Positions 62,609 through 64,000 of a stretch of DNA of 64,000 bases are shown here, one piece after another. Source of the stretch: an uncultured Candidatus Saccharibacteria bacterium (GTDB lineage Bacteria; Patescibacteriota; Minisyncoccia; SW-4-49-11). Location: positions 14,037 to 78,036 of the forward strand of contig CAZPCB010000001.1 in NCBI GenBank assembly GCA_964585065.1. Direction: 5' to 3'. The notes beneath the pieces are model-generated. The model saw nothing but the letters and a program-made list of their open reading frames with translations, was not told the origin of the DNA and did not search any database. Position numbers and translations under genes: made by a program. The stretch's first letter is position 1, and every line of letters starts with the position of its first letter.

Positions 62609-63753
62609 TATATCTTGATAATCAATCGAGTACCCCAATTCATCCTGAAGTATTGAAAGTTATTACTCAAGCTATGCACAATAATTTTGCAAATCCCCAT
62701 AGTCAACATTCAGGGGGGCAACAAGCAATGCATAGTATAGATACAGCCCGTCGCATTATTACTGATTATTTAGGGATACAATTCTCAGAACTTATTTTTA
62801 CTAGTGGAGCTACCGAAAGTAATAATATTGCAATACAGGGAGTTATTTTCAAAGCTTTACAAACACAAGAGCAAATTGAAATTATTACAACTCCAATAGA
62901 GCATAGTTCCGTGATAGAGACAATAAAAGCTTTACAAATATCATATCCAGAAAGAATATATATCAAAATAATTCCTATTGATGAGCGTGGTATTGTAAAA
63001 GTAGAAGATATACAATCATTATTAACTGATAAAACCGTATTAGTGAGTATTATTCATGCTAATAATGAAATCGGAACTATACAGCCAATTCGGGATATTG
63101 GAAGAATGCTCAAAAAATATCATCCAGAATCAGTATATCCACTTTTTCATTCTGATGGGGCTCAAGCCATATGGTCAGAAGAAATCAATTTACATTATGC
63201 CAATTTAGATCTATATAGTATATCCGGGCATAAAATGTATGCGCCCAAGGGTATTGGAGCTCTATTTATCAAAAAAGATACCCCTATACAGTCTATTACC
63301 TATGGTGGAGGACAAGAATATAGTCTGCGCCCAGGTACATTGAATACACCCCTTATTGTAGGACTTGGAGAATCTTTTCGGTTACTCACTATTCCAGAGC
63401 ATAAAGCATTATTAGATAAAGTGAGGCTTTTGAGAGATACTCTCTTAGATAAATTATTAGCTCTTGAAGATATACAATTAAATGGAGATAGAGAAAATCG
63501 ATTACCTCAAAATATTAATATAGTAACCACAAAAGCATCAGATAGTCTTGTGATTGCAGCTGATTTAGAAGGGCTTGCTATCTCAGCAGGATCAGCTTGT
63601 CATAGTGGAGCATTGCAAGCATCTTATGTTATTCAGGCAATTAGTCCACCTGACTCTCATGCCTCTACCCAAAGTATACGTATTTCCTTATCTCAATATA
63701 CGAGTAAGGAGGAAATAGAAGAGGCTTATACTATTATCAAATCATTAATCTAA
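62605..63753 (+). CDS. iscS: Cysteine desulfurase (IscS/NifS family)
   Basis: FTSGATESNN, NNEIG, SGHKMYAPKG and SAGSACHS motifs. Confidence 0.93.
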   Translation: MIYLDNQSSTPIHPEVLKVITQAMHNNFANPHSQHSGGQQAMHSIDTARRIITDYLGIQFSELIFTSGATESNNIAIQGVIFKALQTQEQIEIITTPIEHSSVIETIKALQISYPERIYIKIIPIDERGIVKVEDIQSLLTDKTVLVSIIHANNEIGTIQPIRDIGRMLKKYHPESVYPLFHSDGAQAIWSEEINLHYANLDLYSISGHKMYAPKGIGALFIKKDTPIQSITYGGGQEYSLRPGTLNTPLIVGLGESFRLLTIPEHKALLDKVRLLRDTLLDKLLALEDIQLNGDRENRLPQNINIVTTKASDSLVIAADLEGLAISAGSACHSGALQASYVIQAISPPDSHASTQSIRISLSQYTSKEEIEEAYTIIKSLI

Positions 63754-63757
63754 ATAT

Positions 63758-64000
63758 ATGCTCCATATACTCATATCACTACTTATATTTACTCTTCCCT
63801 TTGAAATAGTAAAAATATCATTTGGGACTCTTGATATTAGAATACATCAAATTCTTCTTGCGCTTATTGTAATTACACTTATACCTCGTTTATTCAACAA
63901 AGAACCAATTTCTACACTTTGGAATAATATAACTTCACTTGATTGGTATTATGATAATATCCACTTAGTTTTATTATCAGGAATGTGGCTTATGATTGCC
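63758..64000 (+). CDS. Membrane protein, 3'-truncated (possibly O-antigen ligase-like)
   Basis: Open to the window end: MLHILISLLIFTLPFE... Confidence 0.55.
   Translation, partial: MLHILISLLIFTLPFEIVKISFGTLDIRIHQILLALIVITLIPRLFNKEPISTLWNNITSLDWYYDNIHLVLLSGMWLMIA

Noticed and set aside
1-64000. Alternative genetic code (UGA=Gly, as in Gracilibacteria/Absconditabacteria)
   Set aside because: Long conserved genes have no in-frame TGA, and TGA terminates dut; the TGA at 33748 is explained by a frameshift

Overview
This is an AT-rich bacterial chromosome segment using genetic code 11 (TGA is a stop; tRNA-Trp has a CCA anticodon). Gene content and style point to a Patescibacteria/CPR organism, probably Parcubacteria-like. 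The housekeeping backbone comprises fmt/def/priA, greA, metG, gatB, gyrA, rpsL-rpsG-fusA, rarA, cmk, dut, alaS, rpoBC, rpmG, secA, an M16 peptidase, iscS and six tRNAs (Ser-GGA, Glu-UUC, Arg-UCG, Thr-GGU, Trp-CCA, Gly-UCC). Five things stand out. (1) A tandem array of six VirB2/TrbC-like pilin genes (15.5-20.5 kb) carries Cys-rich modules; one is fused to a lytic transglycosylase-like domain, and a distant seventh pilin is fused to a CHAP-like domain. (2) GC-rich structured elements follow tRNA-Arg and tRNA-Ser and end in a duplicate of the tRNA 3' end. (3) A dispersed REP/REPIN-like palindrome family occurs at five loci. (4) A promoter- and terminator-bounded candidate ncRNA lies directly downstream of a small HNH nuclease. 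(5) An accessory region (30.4-41.6 kb) holds light/oxidative-stress genes, self-contained ORFan cassettes and a pseudogene. All assignments come from reading motifs by eye; no database searches were run.
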